Shown: positions 20,595 through 30,395, counted from the stretch's first letter. The stretch is DNA of 64,000 nt from an uncultured Desulfobacterium sp. (GCA_900258555.1 LT984854.1:1905239-1969238); one strand, 5' to 3'. Program-made: numbers and translations. Notes: a model not told the origin generated them from the sequence alone.

Positions 20595-20877
20595 TCTTTC
20601 TCCTTTAAACCGGTGAAGCACTAATTGACTTTCAAAACGCACCCCGAAAATTCCGGATTCTTAACCCACTAATATAAGCCGGATTGATTTTAAAGATTTT
20701 TTGGTTTTTTGCAAGGAAGGTTTCTTATCGAATACCACGAGGCCAGAGAGGGTTGATAACAAGAAACATATTAAAGAGGCAAGCGTGCCGGGGTCAACAA
20801 ATCCGATTAGGTCGCAAACGTGAACCGGCTTTTGATATGGTGCTTTAAGCAGGAACTATAAGACTTGATTCTATTTT

Positions 20878-21804
20878 TTATGTCCTGAGAAATACTTTTG
20901 CGAGTCTCCCCCATTCCAATTGAGGCATGTTTCCGAATATATCATCACCGAAGAAACCCCCGTCTGTTGTCATTGGACCAGCCACTTCTTCAATTTCTCG
21001 ACAAAGCAGATCAACCTGTTTGTCCATGAATGCGCTGCTTTCATTATGTATCATCAGATTTTTCATATCCATACGCAGGCTGTCAGGCCGGACCATCATG
21101 ACCCATCCCTCGGAGTAAGGATTCCTGTTGGCAAGGCACCCATCCTCCCTCAGAGTTGAATTGATTGAGGTGACTATCCCGCTTACGGGTGAGAGCATTC
21201 TAGCAGTGTTTTTTCCACGTGCAATTGAGATATCTCCCCTGCCCTGCCTTATTTCCCTGCCGACCAACGGTGCCTCAATTTTATCAAGCGGGCCAAGCAG
21301 GCGCAGGGCGAAATCATCTATCCCTATCCTTACAGAGGAGCTTTCCTCTATTTTCATCCAGGTATGACCCTGGTGGAAATAATAGCCCTGAGGGATCTTA
21401 AAGCCCTTAACGTCAAGGACATCAACAGGCCTAACCACGGCATGCACTGAGTACTGATCATCAAAGAACTGATCAAAGTCACAACTGCCGCAGCGATATT
21501 CCATGTGGCACAACCGGAATTCTATCCGGCCTTTCATGTGATGGATGCACGGCCTCTTGGATAAAGGCCTGGCCAGAAGCCTCTCCTTCCACGATACGAT
21601 CCTCCCCCTTTTTCCAAAGGGAATAATGCCGGAGCGTTTCAGCGAAATGTTTTCTTCAGCCAGGTTATTCATCACCCTGTCATAACGGCATCTCGGGCAG
21701 TTATAGTCCTCATGGCACAACTTATGATCCACAACACCGGCCTGCATCCATATACAAGGCTGGTATTGCCGTTTAAGACGATTTTCAGAACCGGTTGTTT
21801 GCAT
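20878..21804 (-). CDS. Cys-rich protein with C-terminal GcvH-like (lipoyl/biotinyl-fold) domain
   Basis: Two N-terminal Cys motifs (CIWMQAGVVDHKLCHEDYNCPRCRYD; CIHHMKGRIEFRLCHMEYRCGSCDFDQFF). GcvH-like C-terminus (GHTWMKIE..., SPVSGIVTSIN, NPYSEGW). Confidence 0.75.
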   Translation of the reverse strand: MQTTGSENRLKRQYQPCIWMQAGVVDHKLCHEDYNCPRCRYDRVMNNLAEENISLKRSGIIPFGKRGRIVSWKERLLARPLSKRPCIHHMKGRIEFRLCHMEYRCGSCDFDQFFDDQYSVHAVVRPVDVLDVKGFKIPQGYYFHQGHTWMKIEESSSVRIGIDDFALRLLGPLDKIEAPLVGREIRQGRGDISIARGKNTARMLSPVSGIVTSINSTLREDGCLANRNPYSEGWVMMVRPDSLRMDMKNLMIHNESSAFMDKQVDLLCREIEEVAGPMTTDGGFFGDDIFGNMPQLEWGRLAKVFLRT

Positions 21805-21889
21805 TTTTAAGCCTTACCTCTCTTGGAAGTTGTTAATGTCCCTGAGCTATGAGCAGTTAGCCTTCAACAAAAGATCCTAAAATAAATTA

Positions 21890-22873
21890 TTATGTCCTAA
21901 GAAAGGTCTTAGTAAGATTATTCCAGCCCAAATCGGGGAGGTTCCCATATATATCATTAGTCAAGAAGCCACCGTCAGCGGAAAGGGGCCCGACTTTTTC
22001 CTCTATCATGCCCTCCAATTTGCCGACCTCGCCGTTGATCCACCTAAGCCCTGCGCTATCATCCATAAGCTTCTTTGCAGCCGCCTTTATGTCGGGGCAA
22101 TGGATCATGAAAAGCCACCCTCCGCCATAAGGTTCCTGATTGGCCTGCGCAGGATTTTCCCTTACATCTGCATTTACCTCCATGATTACGCCGTCAACCG
22201 GAGAAAGCACCTCAGCAGAGTTGTCTTTTCGTTTAAGCCCCCAGCCGACCTTGTCTGCATCCAGTTCCTTGCCCATTTTAGGGAGTTCAAAGGCATCCGC
22301 CTTACCCAGTAACTTTAAGGCGAAGTCATCAAGACCGACCCTGACATAGCCGCCGCTTTCAATCCTTACCCAGGTGTGACCGTTATGAAAATAGTAGCCC
22401 ATTGGGATGTCAAATCCCTTTACCTTATGCATTTCATACGGGAGGGTCTTGGTCTTTGCGGTCCATACATCCTCAAAGAACTGATCAAAGTCGCACTTGG
22501 AACATTCAAAGTCATACGCACACGACCTTTTTTCTATCCGGTTTGTCAGGCTGTGCCTGCATACCCTTTCAAGGCCGGATCTTTTTCTCATGGCCTCCTG
22601 CCAGCTCATCTGCTTATTTTCGCTGACCCTCTTATTCATTCCCAGGTCATACTTACACGTAGTGCAATCATAAAAATTGTTACAGTTTTTGAATTCTACA
22701 ACACCTGCCTGCATCCAGATGCACGGATTTGCCGACTTCGCATCCTTATCAGGTCTTACCATCCAGACCTGACCTCCTAGAACAGCGCCGATCTCTGACC
22801 TGGTCCCAAGGTCATGACCACTACCCTTTCTGTAAGATGATCCGTAGCCTATTTGAATTTTATTCTCGTCCAT
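21890..22873 (-). CDS. Cys-rich GcvH-like protein, paralogue of 20878..21804
   Basis: Same architecture (CIWMQAGVVEFKNCNNFYDCTTCKYD; CRHSLTNRIEKRSCAYDFECSKCDFDQFF; GHTWVRIE, SPVDGVIMEVN, EPYGGGW). Start set at the ATG after the AAGGGAGG RBS rather than c22942. Confidence 0.75.
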   Translation of the reverse strand: MDENKIQIGYGSSYRKGSGHDLGTRSEIGAVLGGQVWMVRPDKDAKSANPCIWMQAGVVEFKNCNNFYDCTTCKYDLGMNKRVSENKQMSWQEAMRKRSGLERVCRHSLTNRIEKRSCAYDFECSKCDFDQFFEDVWTAKTKTLPYEMHKVKGFDIPMGYYFHNGHTWVRIESGGYVRVGLDDFALKLLGKADAFELPKMGKELDADKVGWGLKRKDNSAEVLSPVDGVIMEVNADVRENPAQANQEPYGGGWLFMIHCPDIKAAAKKLMDDSAGLRWINGEVGKLEGMIEEKVGPLSADGGFLTNDIYGNLPDLGWNNLTKTFLRT

Positions 22874-23259
22874 TTTATGCCTCCCTTTCATGAGTTGTGC
22901 CGTGTTTTGTTTATGATTATACAAGAGCACAGAACATGCCACCAGAGGAGATTTTTATTGAGCGTATCAATAACAATTTGATATAATTATTTAATTAAGT
23001 TATTTTTACAATGTGGTCAGATTTGCGAAAGGAAAAACATACAGAAGAGATTCAATTAAAATGTAGCGATATTATGCTATAGATATCCCCTTATACCGTT
23101 CTAACCCAAAAATGTACTATTTTTTCAGAATGTTAGAGGCATGCCGTTTTTTTAAACAACATTGTTGTTTAATGCAACACAGCCCGGCAATAAAAAAAGT
23201 GTACTTCTGCCGGCACGTCAGCGTGGTGAGCACAGTTAAATTATGACATTCGCAATCGT

Positions 23260-24297
23260 CTAATTCAGATAGCGTTTCAGCTTCTTCCAGGTCAATTGTC
23301 CCGCGTATCCCGTTGCAGGGAGTCCGTGAGACTTCTGGAACCTGATCAGGGCATAACGGGTCCTGGAACCGTAGTGACCGTCAGCAGGACCTGGATTGAA
23401 GCCCGCCTTTTTAAGGGCATATTGAAGTTTGTAAGTACTGTTGTTTTTATACGATGGCTTTGGCCTCTTTTTAACTTGGGCAGTACATACGACAGGACCA
23501 GGACCAAAGGGAAAATCCGCCAGTTTTTTCACATCAGCCCACATATTGCTGCTTCCAAGCATTGAAACCACCACCTTCCTGGAACCAACCCTGACATGCC
23601 CTACAAAACAGTGACTGGCGGCCCGGGTCCAGCCGGTTTTACCGATAACCTCCCTGGAATCCCGCCACAACATCCTGTTATGGCTTTTTATATATATACG
23701 TCTGCCGCCCAGGCTCTGGAATGAAATTCCCCGGATCTTCAGGGTGTCAATTATAAAGGGATATTTCTGGATCTCTTTCATTACCAAGGCCATGTCATAT
23801 GACGTGGAATACTGGTTGTTCGCCGGCAGTCCGCTTGCCCGAACATAATTGGAATTGGTGCAACCAATGGAGCGTGCCTTTTCATTCATCAGCCTTGCAA
23901 AACCTGCACGTGAGCCGCCGGCCGCATCAGCCAGTGTTTCAGCCGCGTCATTGGCCGAATACATCAGAGAGGCGCGAATCAGATCACGGACATAATAACG
24001 CTCGCCGGGTCGAAGATTGAGTTTTCTGGGCTCTATTGAATTGACAAAATGGGGTATGGTTATGACCTCGGAAAGCGCCAGGCGGTCCATTGCCACCATG
24101 GCGGTGAGAAGTTTGACCGTGCTTGCAGGCGCCCGCTTTAAATTGGGCATCTTGGCGTATAATATTTGGCCGGTATCGCAGTCATAAAGGACTGCGGACC
24201 TGGCAGTAATGCAAGGCATCTGCTGGGCGCAGACAACTGAAGAAAGTGACACCAAAACCACGGAGCAGAACAAAAATGTCAACAGAAATCTCTTCAT
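23260..24297 (-). CDS. D-alanyl-D-alanine carboxypeptidase (S11) with C-terminal peptidoglycan-binding domain
   Basis: Signal peptide. SxxK (ASTVK), SxN (SAND), KTG (GKTGWT). C-terminal PG_binding-like repeat (GPADGHYGSRTRYALIRFQKSHGLPATG). Confidence 0.85.
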   Translation of the reverse strand: MKRFLLTFLFCSVVLVSLSSVVCAQQMPCITARSAVLYDCDTGQILYAKMPNLKRAPASTVKLLTAMVAMDRLALSEVITIPHFVNSIEPRKLNLRPGERYYVRDLIRASLMYSANDAAETLADAAGGSRAGFARLMNEKARSIGCTNSNYVRASGLPANNQYSTSYDMALVMKEIQKYPFIIDTLKIRGISFQSLGGRRIYIKSHNRMLWRDSREVIGKTGWTRAASHCFVGHVRVGSRKVVVSMLGSSNMWADVKKLADFPFGPGPVVCTAQVKKRPKPSYKNNSTYKLQYALKKAGFNPGPADGHYGSRTRYALIRFQKSHGLPATGYAGQLTWKKLKRYLN

Positions 24298-24454
24298 TTT
24301 AAACGACTTAGTGATTAGGATTCAGAAAGTTATTGCTTGGCACTTGCGTCCATAAGATCCCGATTGAAAAGCCATAACATAAAGCCTCCAAGTTTTGCAA
24401 GAGTAAGTGAATTAAAAAATTCCAAGGAAATGCCAAGATGCTTTAGGGGGGTGA

Positions 24455-24485
24455 GGCTGCCCTGCATTTCGGCTGCAGGGCAGCC
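24455..24485. terminator. GC-rich hairpin downstream of the Lon gene
   Basis: 12-bp perfect stem (ggctgccctgca / tgcagggcagcc) with a 7-nt loop. No clear U-run on either strand. Confidence 0.4.
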
Positions 24486-24515
24486 CTTGCTATGGTAAGA
24501 AGGTTGGACGGCGTA

Positions 24516-26795
24516 CTAAGCCGCCTGTGCCATAGCAGAAGAATCGTTTCTCATATTCCGGATAAATTCAAGATCCATTTTGCTCCTTTCAGCCATCCTG
24601 TTTTCGACTTCCGATCTGTTAAGACCCATCAGGATCTTGTAGGCGTTATATTTGGTCTTGCAAAAGTATATATCAAACGGCATTGAGCAGTCTTCTCCCC
24701 TGAATATACGAATGCCTGGGACCTCTTCTTTCTGTATATACTCGAATGCTGTGTTGATCAACAAGGGCTCGATATCGTGCTTGTTCTGCCAGGGTATGCA
24801 TGTGCCTTCCATTTCAAGCACCGGATCCATTATTGACCTTACCTTTTCAGTAACGCCTCCAACAGGAAGGACAATGTCTCCGGTCAGTGAGCCTGTTACC
24901 CCGTATTTTTGATTTACAGGCTGTTTTATGTAGTCGGAGATCAGGGCGATATCCATTGCAACAGAAGCGCTGTCGCCTTCCACCCCGCCATGGGCCTGAA
25001 TATACTCCACATGCATTTCATAGCCCACATATGGGGCTCCGATCTTGTTGAATATTTTCTTTATGGAGGCCCTTACATTTTGGGCCGCTGCCTTTGCAAT
25101 GTCACCGGTCTTTCCAGACGAAGTAACCTTATCAGAGCCCCCTGCATTGACCTGGCCGTGAATCGGCAGGGGTTGGCCATACATCTGGCCGCTCGCCTGA
25201 GAATTAATTACAGCAAGACCAACTACATATCCTATTGAGTCGGTCATGGAGCTTATAAATTTCTTCAGGTCTTTCTTATGTTCGATCAGCTCTCTGCTTA
25301 AGGCCCCTTCAAGACTCAGGTGCTCTTTAAGCGCATGTCTAACATGTTCGGCCTCGACCAGAGGAGAGTTTTCATATATGGCCTCGTACTCGGCCGTTTT
25401 TATAATACCGTTCATAGGTCTTAGAATGCTGCTCAGTTTCCGGTCCGAAGCCCGGCATCTTAGTTCCTTGATAATCTCCAGGATCGCCCCCCTGGAAAAA
25501 TCCCTTGCCTCCAACCTGTAATTTAAGGGCAGGCATCTGCCTAGCAGGAATTCGCTCCTTAACTTTACACCTATATGGCCCTCTTTTTCTACAACTTTAC
25601 CCCACGCTTCCTTAAACTCTTTATCCAAATTTATTATTTCCTGCTTGATATATTGAACAAGTTGTCTGATTGTCTCTTCGCATTCCGGTACCGATGTCTC
25701 CATCTGAATTATCTCACCCTTATCCTCTATCCTGCTCAGAAATGAGCCGTCGCCTTCCTTCTGTAGATATTCCAGGGTGTCGTGATTGCAACAGGCGACT
25801 ATGATGTTGTCGGCCTTAAGTGCATTCTCGGATTTATCCGCTGCGCCGCTCCCGGTTTCTTTTCCGCCTTCAAGAAGGTATTCCTTATTCTGCATGATTT
25901 CCAAAAGCTCTGACATATAGCCGATCTTAATCATTGTCTTTATCTCATCAATGTAGATAATTGGAGATTTTGCATGGACGCCCAGATACGCCCTTTTGTG
26001 AGTAGGGGTGTGGAGGTTTCCGGACTGATATGGGTCATGCCTGAACCCGCCTTTCATGCTCCTAGCATTTGGTTCAGAAACCCTGGCCATCAGACCTTTG
26101 TCTTTTCTGGGGTCATACAAGACATCAGGCATCATATCGTAGAGATGTTTAAGGGAGTTTTGTTTTCCCCCTGCGCTTTCTCTTTGTATCTTTTCCTGTG
26201 CCTTGTGATTGTTTTCCTGCATATACATGAAAATGGCGCCTATACCGCAAAGACCGGTTGCGACAAACGCGGGAGAAAAAAATACGCCGGCAACCGCGCT
26301 TATCCCTGTAAGCCACAAGAGCCACTTTTTTGTCTTGTTTACAGGAATAATCTGATCGGAGAGACTGAATTCATCTACATTGTTTTTTGCCTCTTCCAGT
26401 TCATTATGCAGGTCTGAAAGCACTACATCAACCGTCTCCGGGTCTTCATAGGCAAAACGTATATGATTCTTGTCTTTTCCGGGATAGGCAACAATTGCAT
26501 CTTTTGGCCTGAGATAATCCCCCAATGATTTTTGCAGGACTTCATTAAACATGTTGGCGAGCATGGATTTTCCTGTCCCTGGTTTTCCGACCATAAGAAT
26601 ATGGCCCCTGTTTTGGGCTATCTTTCTTATCGCCTTTTTGGCCTTATCCTGAAATATTACACGCTCTATAGGGTCTTCCGGCACCGTTACGCGGGATGTG
26701 TCCTCGAGTAGTCCCAAACTATTTTTCAGAGACTCAGGATAATCCATCAGCTCTCTTATCCAATTATAATCATTTTCCTTGAAATCATTATTCAT
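24516..26795 (-). CDS. LonB-type (archaeal-type, membrane-anchored) ATP-dependent Lon protease
   Basis: Walker A (GKPGTGKSML), hydrophobic hairpin inserted before Walker B (WLLWLTGISAVAGVFFSPAFVATGLCGIGAIFMYM ... IIYIDEI). S16 protease domain with GDSASVAM and GGVTEK. Confidence 0.85.
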   Translation of the reverse strand: MNNDFKENDYNWIRELMDYPESLKNSLGLLEDTSRVTVPEDPIERVIFQDKAKKAIRKIAQNRGHILMVGKPGTGKSMLANMFNEVLQKSLGDYLRPKDAIVAYPGKDKNHIRFAYEDPETVDVVLSDLHNELEEAKNNVDEFSLSDQIIPVNKTKKWLLWLTGISAVAGVFFSPAFVATGLCGIGAIFMYMQENNHKAQEKIQRESAGGKQNSLKHLYDMMPDVLYDPRKDKGLMARVSEPNARSMKGGFRHDPYQSGNLHTPTHKRAYLGVHAKSPIIYIDEIKTMIKIGYMSELLEIMQNKEYLLEGGKETGSGAADKSENALKADNIIVACCNHDTLEYLQKEGDGSFLSRIEDKGEIIQMETSVPECEETIRQLVQYIKQEIINLDKEFKEAWGKVVEKEGHIGVKLRSEFLLGRCLPLNYRLEARDFSRGAILEIIKELRCRASDRKLSSILRPMNGIIKTAEYEAIYENSPLVEAEHVRHALKEHLSLEGALSRELIEHKKDLKKFISSMTDSIGYVVGLAVINSQASGQMYGQPLPIHGQVNAGGSDKVTSSGKTGDIAKAAAQNVRASIKKIFNKIGAPYVGYEMHVEYIQAHGGVEGDSASVAMDIALISDYIKQPVNQKYGVTGSLTGDIVLPVGGVTEKVRSIMDPVLEMEGTCIPWQNKHDIEPLLINTAFEYIQKEEVPGIRIFRGEDCSMPFDIYFCKTKYNAYKILMGLNRSEVENRMAERSKMDLEFIRNMRNDSSAMAQAA

Positions 26796-27984
26796 TGCTG
26801 TATCCCTTGATAGAATCTAATAAATAGTATTTTCCGGCCTCGGACACCATGGCCATTTTGTTGATCATTGAATACAATTCAGGCAATCTTTCCTTTATTG
26901 GGTCAAGCGCCCTTACATCGTGCAGCACTGATACATTGGTAAACAGCTTTTTTGCGCCAGAATTTGAAGTCGGTACGTAATTAAAGAGGATGCCCAGTTG
27001 TGAATTTTTTAATGATTTCATTACGGCATCTTTTTCGGTCTCACCAATATGATAGGCAGTAAAGATGTCTTTATACAATGACGGCAGCGGGGATTTTGTA
27101 TAGTCTATTTCCAGTTGATCCTTGAATAACAGCCTCAATGGCCTCGCATTTCCCTGTGTGCAAAGGCTCAATGAGTTGTTGAATTTAGGATTTACCTTGA
27201 TGGAATGTTCAAGTAAATGCATATGGTTTATCAAGTTTGCATCATTAATCCAAAATTCCAAATTCCCGTCCACATTGATAACGCAATACCTTGGCCGCCC
27301 TTCAGCAAAAAATTTAATGAGACGGTGTGAATTCTTGGCGTTATAGGAATTGAAATCAAACCCGCTCATCTCAAAGAGTCCTTGAGAGACATTTGCCCGT
27401 TCCAATATGACACCTACATCTTTTTGTAGAAAATTGCCCATATAATTGATCTTTTCTTCAATGTCACCCTTCAGATTCAACAGAGACCTGTTGCCGCCAA
27501 TGTCTTCACATATGCCGACAATATTGGTCAATTTCGTGCGATCCAATCTATTAAGCTGTTTTATCAAAGGATCATAGGCCCTTAAGGAAGCGTGTATCCT
27601 TTGCACATGGGCATTGAGGTCGCTGTCTTTTAAGGTAACGCCGCCCTTGTCACGGGATGCCATAAGGGTAATTGAAGATTTTGTTGCTTCTTTTATAAGA
27701 GGCTTGAATCTGCCAGACAGGATTGATCTGATCCTGTTTCTGGCTTTATCCGAAAATTCTTGTTTATAATATATATCACACCCTACCAAAATCTTTCTAA
27801 CTTCAATCGGATTGGGGTTTAGCAGATACCTGGCAAGATCGGAGATCCAATATTCAGTTACAAAATTGGTCTGGATCTCATTGTCAATAGCACTAAGGTC
27901 AAACTTGGCAGGCCGACCTTTTGAGATTATCCAGATATCGTTATTTCGCAAGAATTGTTGACTCTTTTCAAATGTCATTTCCAT
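26788..27984 (-). CDS. hypothetical protein (398 aa) translationally coupled to the LonB-type protease
   Basis: Long intact ORF overlapping the Lon start by 8 nt. No motif or TM segment recognised. DNA looks AT-richer than its neighbours. Confidence 0.65.
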   Translation of the reverse strand: MEMTFEKSQQFLRNNDIWIISKGRPAKFDLSAIDNEIQTNFVTEYWISDLARYLLNPNPIEVRKILVGCDIYYKQEFSDKARNRIRSILSGRFKPLIKEATKSSITLMASRDKGGVTLKDSDLNAHVQRIHASLRAYDPLIKQLNRLDRTKLTNIVGICEDIGGNRSLLNLKGDIEEKINYMGNFLQKDVGVILERANVSQGLFEMSGFDFNSYNAKNSHRLIKFFAEGRPRYCVINVDGNLEFWINDANLINHMHLLEHSIKVNPKFNNSLSLCTQGNARPLRLLFKDQLEIDYTKSPLPSLYKDIFTAYHIGETEKDAVMKSLKNSQLGILFNYVPTSNSGAKKLFTNVSVLHDVRALDPIKERLPELYSMINKMAMVSEAGKYYLLDSIKGYSNE

Positions 27985-28252
27985 TCACCCGTCTATCGGA
28001 TTAATCATGTCTGTTGTTAAGTGCTTACGCAATTGATGTGCCACAAATCTTCATATGTTCTCATTCCAATTAAAATATAATTTCAACAGGTTATGTGTTG
28101 CTGAAAATTAAAGTCTAAAAATAGGTAATAATATTCCAATATTATTCGGAAATCTTATTACACTTATTGGTAAAAGATTACACAGCATGGCGTTGTGAAA
28201 TTTGTGTCAACTGGCGGGATAAGCGTCAGAGATGATGGGTGAGTTATATGCG

Positions 28253-28278
28253 AAAGGAGGTCACGCCTCCTTTTTTTT
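28253..28278 (+). terminator. intrinsic-terminator-like hairpin with an 8-T run on the plus strand
   Basis: GGAGG-tcacg-CCTCC followed by TTTTTTTT on plus; only a 3-nt TTT follows on minus. Sits just after the minus-strand zinc-ribbon gene stop. Confidence 0.5.
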
Positions 28279-28282
28279 AGCA

Positions 28283-28480
28283 TCAAGGCTTAAGCGCTAC
28301 GGCGTAATAATCTTCTTCAGTCAGCCCTTCAGCACTTTCAGTTCCAAGCAGATAGGGGTTTTGCTCGACAAAAAAACTGCCGCAACGGGGGCATTGTATA
28401 TTTTCATTCATCCAGGGTACCCTGCTGAATCGGTGTCCGCATTGAGCGCACTTGAATTCGCTGTAAAACCGGTCGTTCAT
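28283..28480 (-). CDS. small zinc-ribbon protein (65 aa)
   Basis: CxxC...CxxC (CAQCGH...CPRCGS). ATGA overlap with the upstream GGDEF gene stop. Confidence 0.55.
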   Translation of the reverse strand: MNDRFYSEFKCAQCGHRFSRVPWMNENIQCPRCGSFFVEQNPYLLGTESAEGLTEEDYYAVALKP

Positions 28481-29577
28481 CTCAGCTCTTTTTCAGATAC
28501 TACTCGTGACTTGCCTGCACTTTTTGCAGCATAGAGGGCCTTATCAGCCCGCTCGGTAATCGTTGCGACAGTATCACCTTTTCTAAATGTACTCACACCG
28601 ATACTGATTGTAAACGAGACCTCGAATGAATCGTATCCGGTAGCTACTGCATAACGGGTGTTTGCAATCTCTTTTGTTAGTTTCTTGGCCTTTTTTGAGG
28701 CGTTTCTGAAAGAAGCCCCCTCCATTATGATGGCGAACTCATCTCCGCCCAGCCTTGAAACATGGTCGTCTCTCCTTGTAATCTCCTTACATTTCTGTAT
28801 TAGGGCCAATATCACACGGTCGCCAATTTGGTGGCCGTATGTATCATTTATCTGCTTGAAATTGTCTATGTCAATCAAGAGAAGGGAAAAGGGGGCATTT
28901 GTTATATTGTTCTTTTCCTCAAGGTTCTTGATATACCTGTCAAAGGCCATCCTGTTGTAGACACCGGTAAGACCGTCTGTTTGAGATTCAAGCCTTGCCT
29001 TTTCCAATTCGGTATTCAGGCTTGAGACCTGTCTTGATAACATCTCCATGCGCTGACTGTCGCTCTTCTGCTTATTTTTAACAGCCTCCCTGGCCCTGGC
29101 GACCTCATGCTGCAGGGCGCTCTTAACCTTTTTTATGTCATCCAACAGGGTTATTTTCTCGATCCTCTCACTCTGTTGATAAATTTCCTGGTTAAATACC
29201 TGGTTATCAGTGTCAAGGGTGGCCATTGCCTTTGTCAGCAGATCAATGATGTCTTTTAATTCATTCTCCCTGTCATACAGATATTTCTTCAGCCGTTCAA
29301 TGTATGAAAATATCAGTTTCTTCTGTTTTTCAAAATGGGCAGGCAATTTCTTAGCCTTTTCATCTGATAGGATCTTTTTCGCCAAACGGTCCAATTCATC
29401 CATGAATCCGTCTGCATTAATTTCTCTTAGGTCCAGTGAAAATTCCTTTATAAGGATATTCAAGGCATTGAAGGCTGTTTGAAAAAACTCCAGCCTGTTT
29501 TTGCACTCCTCCAGAGCTCGGCTCAATTCCATTTTCACGGATTCCTTTATTTCCTTTTCATCCACATGAGCAGCCAT
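28477..29577 (-). CDS. diguanylate cyclase (GGDEF) with coiled-coil N-terminus
   Basis: GGDEF domain (DGLTGVYNR, LLLIDIDNFKQINDTYGH, RLGGDEFAII). Start set at the ATG after CAGGAGGG (MAAHVDEKE); the ORF extends to 29661. Confidence 0.85.
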   Translation of the reverse strand: MAAHVDEKEIKESVKMELSRALEECKNRLEFFQTAFNALNILIKEFSLDLREINADGFMDELDRLAKKILSDEKAKKLPAHFEKQKKLIFSYIERLKKYLYDRENELKDIIDLLTKAMATLDTDNQVFNQEIYQQSERIEKITLLDDIKKVKSALQHEVARAREAVKNKQKSDSQRMEMLSRQVSSLNTELEKARLESQTDGLTGVYNRMAFDRYIKNLEEKNNITNAPFSLLLIDIDNFKQINDTYGHQIGDRVILALIQKCKEITRRDDHVSRLGGDEFAIIMEGASFRNASKKAKKLTKEIANTRYAVATGYDSFEVSFTISIGVSTFRKGDTVATITERADKALYAAKSAGKSRVVSEKELR

Positions 29578-29726
29578 AAGACCCTCCTGATTAGGCAAAA
29601 TCGAGATGTATGAATAGGGAGGATAAACATTCTTAAAGCTGACCATAGACGATAGGGTCAAGGCACATCAGTGTCAAGATCAAATATGATTGACTTGGGC
29701 TTCTGATTCTGTTTAATTAAGTAATC

Positions 29727-30395
29727 ATGGAAATAACCTGTGAAATATTCCAGATAGGCGGTGGAGGTTATACGTCTGATGAAGATGCAGCAGTCTATTT
29801 GATCAACTTCAATGGAAGTTGCGCAATTGTAGATGCAGGCTGCGGTCGGGCGCTGGAAAGATTAATGGCCAATATCCGCGCCGCCGGTGTCAGGCCTGAA
29901 CAGATCGAATATCTATTGATTACACACTGTCATTTCGATCACACTGGGGGCGTTAAAGCGTTAAAAGATCGCATTCCGTTTAAGATTGTCTCCCACGAAC
30001 TGGAGGCCTTATTTCTTGAATCAGGAGACAACACTGTAACAGCGGCCAGATGGTACGGGGCGACAATAGAACCTTTTCATATTGATATAAAATTATCCGG
30101 GAAGCGGGAAAAGCTCCAGTTGGGGGAAAGGGTTATAGAGGCGATACATACGCCCGGGCACTCTCCCGGGTCTGTGGTCTATCTGACAGAATCAGAAGGA
30201 CAAAGGGTTCTATTTGGCCAAGACATCCACGGACCGATAAACCCGATCATCTTATCCGACAAGGATGATTATATAAGGTCTCTGAGGCTGTTGATCTCGC
30301 TTGAGGCAGACATTCTATGCGAAGGTCATTTCGGCATCTACAGGGGAAAAAAGAATATAAAGAGGTTTATAGAATCATTTATACCCGGCTTTTAA
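29727..30395 (+). CDS. MBL-fold metallo-hydrolase
   Basis: HxHxDH motif (THCHFDHTGG), a later HTPGHSPGS and a C-terminal EGH. Confidence 0.85.
   Translation: MEITCEIFQIGGGGYTSDEDAAVYLINFNGSCAIVDAGCGRALERLMANIRAAGVRPEQIEYLLITHCHFDHTGGVKALKDRIPFKIVSHELEALFLESGDNTVTAARWYGATIEPFHIDIKLSGKREKLQLGERVIEAIHTPGHSPGSVVYLTESEGQRVLFGQDIHGPINPIILSDKDDYIRSLRLLISLEADILCEGHFGIYRGKKNIKRFIESFIPGF

Noticed and set aside
20779-20790. A sigma54-like CGGCACGCTTGC on the minus strand upstream of the GcvH-like gene or downstream of the kinase.
   Set aside because: The GG-to-GC spacing is about 3 nt too short for a -24/-12 promoter.
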